A DNA stretch of 63,031 bases, filler included, from Octopus bimaculoides (Eukaryota), in the NCBI RefSeq assembly GCF_001194135.2. It is 3 parts of 3 records of this genome, joined end to end, with 100 filler letters (N's around TTAATTAATTAA, not from the genome) between each part and the next. Parts side by side here need not be neighbours in the genome. Positions count along the whole stretch, not along the records: positions 1 to 31,834 come from NC_068996.1; 2 more parts are not named here. The stretch is one strand, 5' to 3'. Made by a program: the position numbers and the translations under genes. The notes under the pieces were generated by a model. That model saw nothing but the letters and a program-made list of their open reading frames with translations, was not told the origin of the DNA and did not search any database. This document shows positions 12,911 through 24,559 of this stretch, piece after piece (position 1 is the first letter of the stretch; every line of letters begins with the position of its first letter).

Positions 12911-13689
12911 CCTTGGTTACTAAAGACAAAGTGGGACATCTGTTGTGCTGAAGACAAATGTATATTTCACAGAGATCTGGACAAATATATTCAGGTACAT
13001 GAGGTTACACTTATATGATTTATGAGATCAAATCCCATTTGGGTCGCCTATTCGATAAAAATTTTATAAGTGCGTTAAAGTCTGTGAATCGATATGCAGT
13101 CGTGATCTCTTGTTAAAAATCAATATTGATACAGGGCTTCAAATGTTAGTTTGTAGTTGAAAATCAATTTATTAATGAGATGCATTGATTCGTTGATTAC
13201 TGGGTGGATATGTGTGTTGTGTGTATGCGAAGGTGTTACCGTTTTTCTTCTATAAGTTAAGAATTCAGTCAAAGGTGTCCTCCATATTGAATTTACGTTT
13301 ATGGTTTCTTCAATAGCAATAGACAACAATACAATCTATACAAAATATACACATAGACAATCGTACTCACACGTACGTAAACACACACACATACACACAA
13401 ATACATACACATGCACACACACAGATACAGACGCAAACGCATGCGCAGATAAGGATACACATGACAGAAGGACAGACTGGACTAAGTAGAGCAGGAGGAT
13501 ACACGAGGACGGAAAGGGTCGCTGAAGAGGCTACAGATGTGTTACGAAAGATTTCTGGACAATGGACACGAGTTAAAATAAGAAGAGTAATAAACTAGTG
13601 AAGAACGAATATATAGTATGTGTGTTTATTTTGCAAAAAAAAAAAAATGTCCATCCCGAAATATAACAATATCTGTTTCAACGCACGGT

Positions 13690-13950
13690 TTTGGTAGATG
13701 GAAACTGAAAGAAGCCCGTTCTGTGCGTGGGTGGGTGGGTGTGCCTGTTTGTTCCCTCACCACAGCTCGACAACCGATGCTAGTGTGTTTACGTCCTCGT
13801 AACCGAGTGATTCGGCAAAATTGACCGATAAAACGAGTACTCAGCTTTAAAAAATAAGCTCTGGGTTCGATTCATTAGACTAAAACGTCTTCAAGGCGTT
13901 GCCCCAGCATCGCCGCAGCCAAATAACTGAACCGAGTAAAAAGTAAAAGA
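13690..13950 (+). mobile_element. SINE family B, 3' two-thirds
   Basis: GGAAACTGAAAGAAGCCCG...GACAACCGATG...TTCGGCAAAA...CAAGGCG...AGTAAAAAG tail. Confidence 0.75.
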
Positions 13951-15427
13951 TTACTTTTATCAACGATTCGGTTTATGTATCTATGACTTTTTACTTCGAT
14001 CTTTTTTGTAACATCTTTGTAATATTCGTTTTGCATATATCATTGGACATTGGCTGTGATAAAAGGAAAAAACAAATTTTGAAAATGAGTTTTGCGAAAG
14101 AAATCTGTCCTCATTCTTGAAGTTATCGTTTCCACAGAAAGTACTCTGAGTTTTGTATTTCCATCATTAATCTCAGTGTAGCCGAAAGTAGTGACGGAGG
14201 AAAGCTTCGATTTCATTTGTGTGTATAGGCGCGCGCGCGTATGCATGTGTATGGGTGTATGCGAGTGTGTGTGCGTATGTGCATGTGTGTATGTGTGTGT
14301 GTAAAGCACATTCCAGAAGAAGGAGGAGGAGAAGAAGAAGAAGAATAAGAAGAACAAGAACAAGAAGAAGAAGAAGAAGAATTAGTATACGAAAACTACG
14401 ACGACAACTCAATTTAGTTTTTACCATTCCTTTGAGAATTTGGAAAGAATGCCGGCATGCATAGTTGTGTGATCCCTTACAACATTTAAAAAAAAGTAGG
14501 GTTTCAGGGTTTTTTTATGTACATTGAACTATGTTTTTTGTGTTTCCAAAATTACCTCTCATAAAACGAAACTTCCATTCAACAATCGGTCCCCGAACGA
14601 ATATGAAACAGACAAAGGTTAAAACAACGATAGCTGTGTCTTTTAAATCGTCGTTAAAACGTCTATCATCATCATCATCATTATTATTAGTTTCATCTGC
14701 TTTTTTTTTACCTTATTTTTTTTCTCGTAAAATGTTGTTGAAATGGAGGTAAAACAAGGAACAGGGAGAGGAACAAATATTACACACACAGTCACATTTC
14801 TGCCAGTGACAAAAAAAAAGAAAAAAAGAATGACCCGAAAGTATTCTTTCTTAAATAGCATTCAGGGATCAGAAAATAAATAATCAATATCATTATACTT
14901 CAAGCTGTTTCTTGCTTTTTTCTTCTGTAAATTCTTTATAAATATTGTTATTCGATACCTTGTTCTTCGGTTGTTGTCTTTCATCAGAACTCAATAAGAT
15001 GTTGATATTTGGGTCAGTTTCCTTGTCTGAAGTCACTGAATGTTCCTGACGAGTTTTCTTTTCTCAGTTCAGAAACCCATGTCTGTTATGTATGCACAAC
15101 CAACTTCTGAAACACTGAAAACAATTGCGATTGGGCCATCTTTCTATGAATTCTAACAATATATTCTTGGAACTGATACAACAAGGAAAACACACAAGCA
15201 CACACACACATACACATACACACACACACATACACACATATGCAAAGGCATGACTTTGGTTAAGAAGCTCGGTTTGCAAACATGTGGCCTTAGGTTTCGT
15301 CTCATTGCGCGGCACCTTTAGTATGGAAAGCTATCGTATATATATATATAAACAAAACTGTCTGACGAACGGGAACATGAAACTTAGAGTAACAGTTTTT
15401 GTGACAATTTTGCTGCTTTTTGATAAA

Positions 15428-15461
<34 letters not shown>

Positions 15462-15485
15462 CGTCTTTGGACGTTTCCCATTTTC

Positions 15486-15520
15486 CTTTCCGACGAAAAG
15501 CTATGCTTGAAACTTCAAAA
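15486..15520 (+). ncRNA. Degenerate minimal hammerhead relic
   Basis: CTTT-CCGACGA-A-AAGC-TAT-GCTT-GAAACTT-C-AAAA; core mutated relative to CTGATGA and GAAACGT. Confidence 0.4.
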
Positions 15521-16208
15521 ACTCTCCTTTTACTGAGAGTCAAACTAATTGTGCCCTCTTCTTGTTTGTTATTGTTAATTTTAATGTTCCTTTATTTCAT
15601 TTGACTATATACACACGCACATGTACACACACACCCACACACATACACATATGTATGTGTGTTTGTGCTAAAATTAAAGATAATAAAATAAATAAGAATT
15701 ATCTATATTTTTNNNNNNNNNNNNNNNNNNNNNNNNNNNNNNNNNNNNNNNNNNNNNNNNNNNNNNNNNNNNNNNNNNNNNNNNNNNNNNNNNNNNNNNN
15801 NNNNNNNNNNNNNNNNNNNNNNNNNNNNNNNNNNNNNNNNNNNNNNNNNNNNNNNNNNNNNNNNNNNNNNNNNNNNNNNNNNNNNNNNNNNNNNNNNNNN
15901 NNNNNNNNNNNNNNNNNNNNNNNNNNNNNNNNNNNNNNNNNNNNNNNNNNNNNNNNNNNNNNNNNNNNNNNNNNNNNNNNNNNNNNNNNNNNNNNNNNNN
16001 NNNNNNNNNNNNNNNNNNNNNNNNNNNNNNNNNNNNNNNNNNNNNNNNNNNNNNATAAGCGCTCTGAAATTGGAAATTGCTACAATATAATTGTATTTAT
16101 GAAACAATTACATGATATTACCTGCAATGGTAAAATTATATTCCTAACATTACCCCACCCGCCACTGTCGGATTTCAGGCCTTTTGCCTTAAGTAGAAAA
16201 GATTATTA

Positions 16209-16239
<31 letters not shown>

Positions 16240-16240
16240 T

Positions 16241-16610
16241 CACTTAACTTCTGATTTCTCTATGTCACGTCTCAGCTCCATTCTTCAGCTTAAAGACGCA
16301 ACACTTTCCTCAGCACATAAGTTGTTCCAAGTATTGCTGTCAACTAAATACTTATTAAGTTTGGTATTTGCAGATTTTAATGCCAGAATATCGCACTCTT
16401 TAAAATGGTCCCAAGTGCACCGATCACAGTAGGTACCACACTTTTGAGGTTCTATAGATGCGTTTTACTTCCAGTGCTAGATTCTTGGTACTTCCCGACT
16501 TTCGCGTTCTCTGTCATCACATTATTCTAGTTTGCAAGTATAGCTATATTGATAAAGGACCACACTTTGGACTTCTTCATAGCAGACTGCACTCTCGTTC
16601 TATATTAAGT
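16241..16610 (-). mobile_element. R4/Dong-clade non-LTR retrotransposon 3' end (restriction-like endonuclease region), abutting (TAA)n
   Basis: Frameshifted translation SFINIAI...ENAKVGKYQ..LALEVKRIY...VVPTVIGALGTI...AILGTTYVLRKVLRL* (stop at 16290-16292); TAA repeat at 16202-16240. Confidence 0.8.
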
Positions 16611-16625
16611 TTTTGTTTGTATTAT

Positions 16626-17590
16626 AAAGCATAAAAGGCAGCAAGCTGGCAAAATGCTTTGTGGTATTTCGTCCGTCTTTACGTTCTGATTTCAAATTCC
16701 ACCGAAATTGACTTTACCTTCCATCCTTTCGAAGTCAATAAAATAAGTACGAGTTGAGTGCTGGGGTCGATATAATCGGCTTACCCCTCACCCACGAACT
16801 TGCTAGCCTGGTGCCAAAATTAGGAACCCATTATAAAGCATCAAAGGCAGTGAGCTGGCAGAATCGTTAGCACGACGGACGAAATGCTTACCGGCATTTC
16901 TTCCGACTGTGTGTTCTGTGTTTAAATGTCACCAAGAGCTACTTTGCTTCCGTCCTCTCAGGATCGCTAAAATATAGTACCAATTAAGTTCTAGGTTCGA
17001 TGCATTCTAGGTTCGATGCTAAATTTCACGCATTGTGCTTATAGTGGAAAGAATTATAAAGCGCCAAAGAGCACTATTACTTCCGCCTCCAAAGTGGGGT
17101 AATTACGTACTGAGTTTAAATCTTATTGAGATCAATCTTGCTTTTCTTCTTCCGGAGGTCGATAAAATAAATGGCCGGTGTAATGCTGAAGCCGAAGTAA
17201 CTGACTGACCACGTTCCCCCAAAATTGCTGACTTAGCGTCCAAATTAGAAAAGCAAAAAGAAAAAGAAAAAAGAAAGAAAAAGCAAACCGTTTTCGTTAT
17301 TTAAGTATAGTGAACGAATGTAAAGGCAACGTTTCAGGAATGAGGTGTTTCCATTATTTCTCTCCGTATTTAAGGCGGTGAGCTGACAGAATCGTTAGCA
17401 TCCTGGACGAAATGCTTAGCGATATTTCGCCCGTCAGTCAGATTTGAGTTCAAATTTCGCCGAGGTCGACTTTACCTTTCATTTTTTTCGGGGTCGATAA
17501 AATAAGTACCAGTTGAACACTGGAGTCGATGTAATCGATTAATCCCCTGTCCCAAAATGGCTGCCCTTGTGGTAAAATTTGAAACCGTTA
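16626..17590 (+). mobile_element. Cluster of four same-orientation SINE family A copies
   Basis: GAGCTGGCAGAATCGTTAGCA...GAGTTCAAAT...GGTCGATAAAATAAGTACC units at about 16626, 16845, 17060 and 17372. Confidence 0.85.
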
Positions 17591-19789
17591 TTTCGCTTCA
17601 CAATTCCAATGTCTTTTTCATGCTCATGATGTTATAATATCTCTTGAGTAGTATCCATCTCTATCTCTACTACTACCTTATGTCACCACATTACCCATAG
17701 ACTACTGTAAAATATAACAACAACAGTACAGCATAATGATTTAAGAGACCAAAACCCATAAATTACCAACATCTTGACTTATATTTTATAAATATCAAAT
17801 TGGCTAACTGCAGCGAAATGTTGACGAATGCTGTTCAGGCTTAACAATGTGTTGTCCAACTGTTTTAGTTACCTCTCGTCTGTTGTCAATTTCAAGTGGA
17901 GTATTAACAACGATGTTAGTGTTTAATTGCACAATATTTTTGCTTATTTTTGTTGCTGTCGTTGCAAAAGTTCAGGTCAGCTCAACCCATTCAATCTAAG
18001 ATTAAGAGCACTACATTTATCACCAGTGGAGTGGCGTTGGTCGTGTGTTTCTTCATTCTGGCCACGGAATAGGTTGATACTTTCTGTGAAAAAAAAGACC
18101 GAGGTTATATCTCTACGTGAACAGAAAAATAGGACAAGTCTGACTAATCTTTACTCTTGTTAAAAATCACCAGAGGAAATATATTTATCTTCTGTACACG
18201 GATAGATTTGTAACTTATGGCTGTTTATAACTTATACAAACTATGATTCAGCTAATCATTAATTAACCTAGGTTGTTAGTCCGTTTACTTTTACGCAAAT
18301 CAGACAAACTAGTTTAGCTCAGTCATTATTTATGCATACTATAAATAGATATCGGCTACTAATAATCTCTCTCTGCGCAAAAGATGAGTATTTTTTCCTC
18401 TAGCAAGACTAGAAACTTAGCAGATCGATCGCATTTTTCTATCCACAGAAAGATAAAATTCGTTGTGCAACCACTTTTGTTTATTTTTCACAGCAATGAT
18501 AAAATTGTACCGACACAGATGCCGAGCTCAAATTCTGCAGAGGATATCGTTCGTTTAGATTGGTTTAAATGGGTACCAACTCCTCATTATCACACATCTA
18601 CCAGAGCAGAGACAGATAGATAGATAGATAGATAGATAGGTAGATAGACAAACATCAAAGCCATATAATTAGTTTTTCATTGTAATATTTTATATGAAAA
18701 TAAATAGCTACCATAGCTCGACTCGTGTATTGTTTTGATTCTCAGTTCTGTGAGTTCAGTTCCTGACATGACCCACTTTGTTTTCATATTTTTGGAATCA
18801 ATTAAAAAATACCAATCCAAGTCGACGATAAACTGGGTGGAACGGTAGGATGCTTTGTGTTGTTTGGTCTGTCACTCTATATTCCGAGCTCAAATCTCGC
18901 TATAGCTTCCTAAGCGGTAGAGTTAATACGTCATCTTGTTTGATAACTAATGGACCGTTTTGTTGGCCGTTTGTGTACACACACACACACACATATATAT
19001 ATATATGAAATAGTAATATATATAATTACCAATGACTAAAAATTTTAAGAATTTCGTAATAGATAATGAAGAACAAAAGAATCGAATACCATTCATCAGC
19101 ACAACAATTCTTTGAACTCAACTCCAATAGCGAAGGGACTCAGAAGGACATCAAAAGAAAAGTGGAAAAAATTTGCTGCCAAAGTAATTTGCATAATTTA
19201 AATAAAGATGAGCTAAGCGAAATAACTCAAATAATTCAGTTTTGAACAACATAGACAAATACAGGTAAATCAAATACCATACAACATAAAATTCTTGATT
19301 TGTTCAAGTTATTTCCACCTGTAGAGGATGTCACATAATTAGCAGATGACACAACTAGAACATGTATGGCACGTGACTACTCCTCACGAGACACGAAGCC
19401 ACAACAAAAAGATATACTAAAGGTAGACTAAGAAATTTCTGCTCGATTTTTTTTACAATAATCTCACAAGTCTTTCCGACAAAAATTTCTACAAAGTTTA
19501 CGAGAAATCAATTTAGGTAAAAATAAAAATAAAAGCCTTATCCATGCAAGGTAGCCTGGTTTAAGATTTTCTGTTTTCTTCCATAAGGCTTAATTAAAAG
19601 AAGAACGTCTTCAAGACTGTTAAGAAAAGCAGATGACGAAGAATTCCCTCAGTGGAATTTCAGAATTTCTGTAGTGAATTTCGAGAGGTAACGTACCGAG
19701 ATTTCTAATTAGGGTAAAACAATGGAGACGCTATCTTAATACTGAGTTGTCTCTACTTAGGGGATTGACTGACCAGGTACAACCGTTTA

Positions 19790-20010
19790 GTAAAGGCACG
19801 GGTGTTGCATTCACAATCTTGTTGTCATGGTTTCGATTCTCGGACCAGGAGTACGTTGTTTTTATGAGCAAAACTCTTCCCTTCATTTCACGTTGTTCCA
19901 GTCAACTCATCTGTAAATGAGTAACCCTTCGTTGGACTGGCGCCTCATCCAGGGGCGAATGCTGTGATCTCTGTCACTTATACACTATGGAAACCGGTGA
20001 ACTAGACTTA
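19790..20010 (+). mobile_element. tRNA-headed SINE with V-domain-like core
   Basis: B-box GGTTTCGATTC; TGAGCAAAAC..CATTTCACGTTGTTCCAGTC; GGACTGGCGCCTCATCCAGGGG. Confidence 0.6.
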
Positions 20011-20589
20011 TAAGTTCTGGGACTGGAAACAATACTTACTTATTTTTAACCGGGTGTTACATAAAAGAACGGATACACCTCATCTGTTTAGACAATTTTA
20101 TTGACAAAGTTTGGAGCCTATGGTCGAAGACACTCGCAGAGAGTGTCGCACAGTGGGATTGAACCTTAGATACGTGGTTCTTAACAGTATGGCTTCTCAT
20201 ACCACACCATACGAAGACCTTATAAGAGATAATGGTATATAATACTTAAGCAATTTATGTCAATAATATATATTATGTACAATAAATATCTTACATTTCC
20301 CAGACAGAGAGCTAATATTTGCAAAAATATTCTTAGCAAAGAACGACAGAAAAATACTCCAGACGCAAAAGAAAGCTTTGTGAAAAGAGAATCCAGATTG
20401 ATAAATAGATAAATAAACACAAGTCTATTACGTCTAATTTTTGAAACAGACGTTCAATGAAAACTGCTGAGAATGGTAAATAGGAGAAGCTGCTTGTAAT
20501 TCTGAATCACAAGGCACGTATATCTTTCAGTTTTCTTTCTTTTCTTTGATTTTTTTTTTTTTTTTGAGTCCCGAGATTTATCACACCAA

Positions 20590-20770
20590 TTATTCTTTTG
20601 TAAGCCTAGTATTTATTCTATCGGTGTCTTTTGCCAAACCGCTAAGTTACGAGGATGTAAACACAGCAACATTGGTTGTCAAGCGATGGTGGGGAGTCAA
20701 ACACACTCACACACATACATATATATACGCCTGGCATCTTTCAGTTTTCGTCTACCAATCCACACAAAAG
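20590..20770 (-). mobile_element. SINE family B fragment
   Basis: Reverse complement of the family B body and tail. Confidence 0.75.
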
Positions 20771-21225
20771 NNNNNNNNNNNNNNNNNNNNNNNNNNNNNN
20801 NNNNNNNNNNNNNNNNNNNNNNNNNNNNNNNNNNNNNNNNNNNNNNNNNNNNNNNNNNNNNNNNNNNNNNNNNNNNNNNNNNNNNNNNNNNNNNNNNNNN
20901 NNNNNNNNNNNNNNNNNNNNNNNNNNNNNNNNNNNNNNNNNNNNNNNNNNNNNNNNNNNNNNNNNNNNNNNNNNNNNNNNNNNNNNNNNNNNNNNNNNNN
21001 NNNNNNNNNNNNNNNNNNNNNNNNNNNNNNNNNNNNNNNNNNNNNNNNNNNNNNNNNNNNNNNNNNNNNNNNNNNNNNNNNNNNNNNNNNNNNNNNNNNN
21101 NNNNNNNNNNNNNNNNNNNNNNNNNGGATCGTCTTTCAGTAGATATAATATAAACTATAGAATATATATACATTATTTACCTTATTTACATTTGACGGAT
21201 ATTTGTCCTCATCTTGTTTGTTGTT

Positions 21226-21270
21226 AACACAACCTTTCGTTGATACACCCTCCAGTCTTCATCAGGTGTC
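21226..21270 (-). ncRNA. Degenerate minimal type-I hammerhead
   Basis: GACAC-CTGATGA-AGACTGGAGGGTGTATCAAC-GAAAGGT-T-GTGTT; stem I GACAC/GTGTT intact, stems II and III mutated. Confidence 0.55.
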
Positions 21271-21330
21271 TTGGGGAAATTTCGAACCTGAGTTCTCATT
21301 CTTAAGGTAATTTTTTTTTTCTTCGATGTT

Positions 21331-21392
21331 GGAATCAAACTCGGAATCTTGGGGTTAGTAGACCGCGCTCTTAACCACTACGCCATATGCCC
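21331..21392 (-). promoter_or_regulatory. tRNA-like cassette (Pol III A/B boxes) inside the PLE 3' region
   Basis: GGGCATATGGCGTAGTGGTTAAGAGCGCGGTCTACTAACCCCAAGATTCCGAGTTTGATTCC: A-box TGGCGTAGTGG, B-box GAGTTTGATTCC, CT-ACT-AA loop. Confidence 0.65.
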
Positions 21393-21769
21393 GTGGACAA
21401 TTATGGAGTGAATTTTAAGGCTTATAAATCTAATATTTTCATATCCTTTCTTAATACCGGTTCCCATATGCTACTCATATCTGCACTCGGTCTGCTTAGG
21501 AGGTTGTTGTGTCCTAGCATATGTGCTGCTTCTTTTAGTTTTCGTATTTTCCAGTGTTGTTCTCTGTTTATTATTTTAACTTCATCACACAGGGGGAGAT
21601 AATCTGTTTGGCTACACATACCAAAACACTGCGTCTCAAAAAGGTTAAGAGAAGTTAACAGCGTTTGTTTGTTTTTTAAAGTATCTTCCACGTTGTAATT
21701 GTTTTAGATGAAGCCATTTGCGTGCCAAGCACAAATCTGAAATATATCTTTTTATCTTTTATATTTTAC

Positions 21770-21980
21770 TTGTTTCAATCATTAGACTGTGGCCATGCTG
21801 GGGCACCACCTTGAAAAATTTTTAGTCGAATGAATATACCCCAATACTTATTGTTTTTTTTTTATTAAAGCCTTATACTTATTCTATCTGTCTCTGTTAC
21901 CGAACCGCTAAGTTATAGGGATGTAAATACACCAACACCAGTTGTGAAGTGGTGATAGGGGACAGACACAAAGACACATA
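21770..21980 (-). mobile_element. SINE family B 3' part
   Basis: Reverse complement of the family B tail. Confidence 0.75.
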
Positions 21981-21982
21981 CA

Positions 21983-22029
<47 letters not shown>

Positions 22030-22919
22030 NNNNNNNNNNNNNNNNNNNNNNNNNNNNNNNNNNNNNNNNNNNNNNNNNNNNNNNNNNNNNNNNNNNNNNN
22101 NNNNNNNNNNNNNNNNNNNNNNNNNNNNNNNNNNNNNNNNNNNNNNNNNNNNNNNNNNNNNNNNNNNNNNNNNNNNNNNNNNNNNNNNNNNNNNNNNNNN
22201 NNNNNNNNNNNNNNNNNNNNNNNNNNNNNNNNNNNNNNNNNNNNNNNNNNNNNNNNNNNNNNNNNNNNNNNNNNNNNNNNNNNNNNNNNNNNNNNNNNNN
22301 NNNNNNNNNNNNNNNNNNNNNNNNNNNNNNNNNNNNNNNNNNNNNNNNNNNNNNNNNNNNNNNNNNNNNNNNNNNNNNNNNNNNNNNNNNNNNNNNNNNN
22401 NNNNNNNNNNNNNNNNNNNNNNNNNNNNNNNNNNNNNNNNNNNNNNNNNNNNNNNNNNNNNNNNNNNNNNNNNNNNNNNNNNNNNNNNNNNNNNNNNNNN
22501 NNNNNNNNNNNNNNNNNNNNNNNNNNNNNNNNNNNNNNNNNNNNNNNNNNNNNNNNNNNNNNNNNNNNNNNNNNNNNNNNNNNNNNNNNNNNNNNNNNNN
22601 NNNNNNNNNNNNNNNNNNNNNNNNNNNNNNNNNNNNNNNNNNNNNNNNNNNNNNNNNNNNNNNNNNNNNNNNNNNNNNNNNNNNNNNNNNNNNNNNNNNN
22701 NNNNNNNNNNNNNNATGATAGAGAAAGAGATAGAGTAGCGTCAGAAAATATAAAGTTGAGATAACTACTTACAAAATTGGTGACGCTGGCGTTCGGTCAT
22801 GTAAAAACAAATAGTAAATGAGTATATGCATATATACGTACAGGTATGTGCATACCTACATCCACCTGTATGTATAGGTGCATATCTGGGTACAGGACAT
22901 TGCAAACAACACACACATA

Positions 22920-23085
22920 CAGGACGGTCTTTTTTCAGTTTTTGTTTACCATATTCCACTTACAAGGTTTTGTCGACTCTATGTCGTAGCAGAAGACACT
23001 CGCCCAAGCTTCCACGCAGTGGGACTGAACCCAGAACCATGTAGCTGGGAAGTAAACTTCTTACCACACAGTCATGCCTGCGCCT
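22920..23085 (-). mobile_element. SINE family B head/core
   Basis: AGAAGACACTCGCCCAAG...GGGACTGAACCCAGAACCATGT...CTTACCACACAG is the reverse complement of the head. Confidence 0.8.
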
Positions 23086-23130
23086 ATTTATAGATTCAAA
23101 GAGAACAGTTGCTTCGGGCAATAAAAGAAG

Positions 23131-23192
23131 GCACAGATGGTCGAGTAGACAAGGTGTTCATCAGATGCGGGGTTCGTATCCCACCACCAGCA
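23131..23192 (+). other. tRNA-like pseudogene or SINE head
   Basis: A-box-like TGGTCGAGTAG, B-box GGTTCGTATCCC; no complete cloverleaf. Confidence 0.45.
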
Positions 23193-23785
23193 CACAACCA
23201 AGACATCTTAAACGGGAATCACACGCACATACATTCATTTCAGCTCTAAATACGTATTTGCTGGTTGTGTAATTTACAGCTAAAAACTCTGTAAGGATCC
23301 TCGGCTATTAAAAGGACACAAACAATATCACTATCACAAAAAATAAATAAGAAAATAAATAAAACATATTTGTTTTAAGCATGTCGTAAAAGTTGCTAAC
23401 GATCCAAACTTCAAAAATATAAAAAGGTTTATTGTTGGTGTAGATAGAGAAATATTACACCCCGACGAAGCCTAGTTCACGACTGAATGTTATTTCTCGG
23501 CTGGAGACTTAAATTAACCGATTCGGGAACGTGAGAAGGTTTATATAGAGCCGATAATCTACACATGCACACACACACACACACACATACACATACACAC
23601 ACGTACACACACTTACATGGACACAAATACACACCTCTCAAAATATATATGAGCATGTGTAATCTTGGTTGGTTTCTATTGCAATAAACTGTTGGGAGAC
23701 AACTCTTACAAAGGAAAAAAAAAGGATAACGTTTCTGAGTAAAATTGCTATTTTATTACTGTGTATGTTTGCATAAATGCAAAGC

Positions 23786-23841
<56 letters not shown>

Positions 23842-23902
23842 TAGGCAGACAGATAGATTCTTGTAGATGAGCAAGGAAAATGGACCGATAAACCTGTTAG
23901 AT

Positions 23903-24312
23903 GTCGTGTGGTAAGAAGTTTGCTTCCCAACCACATGGCTCGGGGTTCAGTTCCATTGCGTGGCACCTTCGGCAAGTGTATTCTACTATAGCCTAGGGCC
24001 GACTAAAGACTTATGAGTGGATATGGTAGACAGAAAGTGAAAGAAGCCCACCATATATGTATATAGTTATGTGTGTGCGCCCTTGTGTCGTTATGTCTGT
24101 GTCATTGTTACCCCATCCAACCATCACCGCTTGACAATCGGTGTTGGTGTATTTACGTCCCCGTAACTTAACGGTTCGGCAAAAGAGCCCGATAGAATAA
24201 GTACTAGGATTGGAAATAAAACCTGGGGTTGATTTGTTCAACCAAAACCCTTCAAGACGGTGCTCCATCATGGCCGCTGTCAAATGACCGAAACAAGTAA
24301 AAGAACAAAAGA
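23903..24312 (+). mobile_element. Full-length SINE family B (tRNA head, CORE-like block, internal microsatellite, 3' tail)
   Basis: Ungapped copy showing all modules in order, ending GAAACAAGTAAAAGAACAAAAG. Confidence 0.9.
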
Positions 24313-24559
24313 ATCTTATTTTTTTTTTATTATCATTTCTCTGTGTTTGTCTTTAAACACTTTCAAGTAACTCTGAAATTTAAATATTATCTCTTAGCAG
24401 TCAAAATGCTAATTAAAGATAAATTGTAAAGTAATTTTAAAAATGTGATGATTACAAAAGAGGCAAAAATTATGCCAAAAGACTTTTTAAAGATTAATAT
24501 TGTCGAACACGTATGTAAACAACAACACCCTGTACGAAGCAAACGGGACCTTAAACAAG

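Larger units (their letters stand above)
21170..21700 (-). mobile_element. Penelope-like element 3' end: GIY-YIG C-terminus plus pseudo-LTR
   Basis: ORF 21422-21691 has DEVKIINREQHWKIRKLKEAAHM...LLSRPS, the typical PLE endonuclease tail; followed by a tRNA-like cassette and an HHR. Confidence 0.85.

Noticed and set aside
14958-15150. Short open frames with splice-like sites on both strands
   Set aside because: Mutually exclusive readings, each with an in-frame stop or weak splice site.
16626-17590. Regularly spaced similar units resembling a CRISPR or satellite array
   Set aside because: Units are SINE copies in a eukaryotic genome; there is no repeat-spacer structure.
21331-21392. Functional tRNA gene
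   Set aside because: No acceptor stem 3' strand and a mutated B-box; reported only as a tRNA-like cassette.
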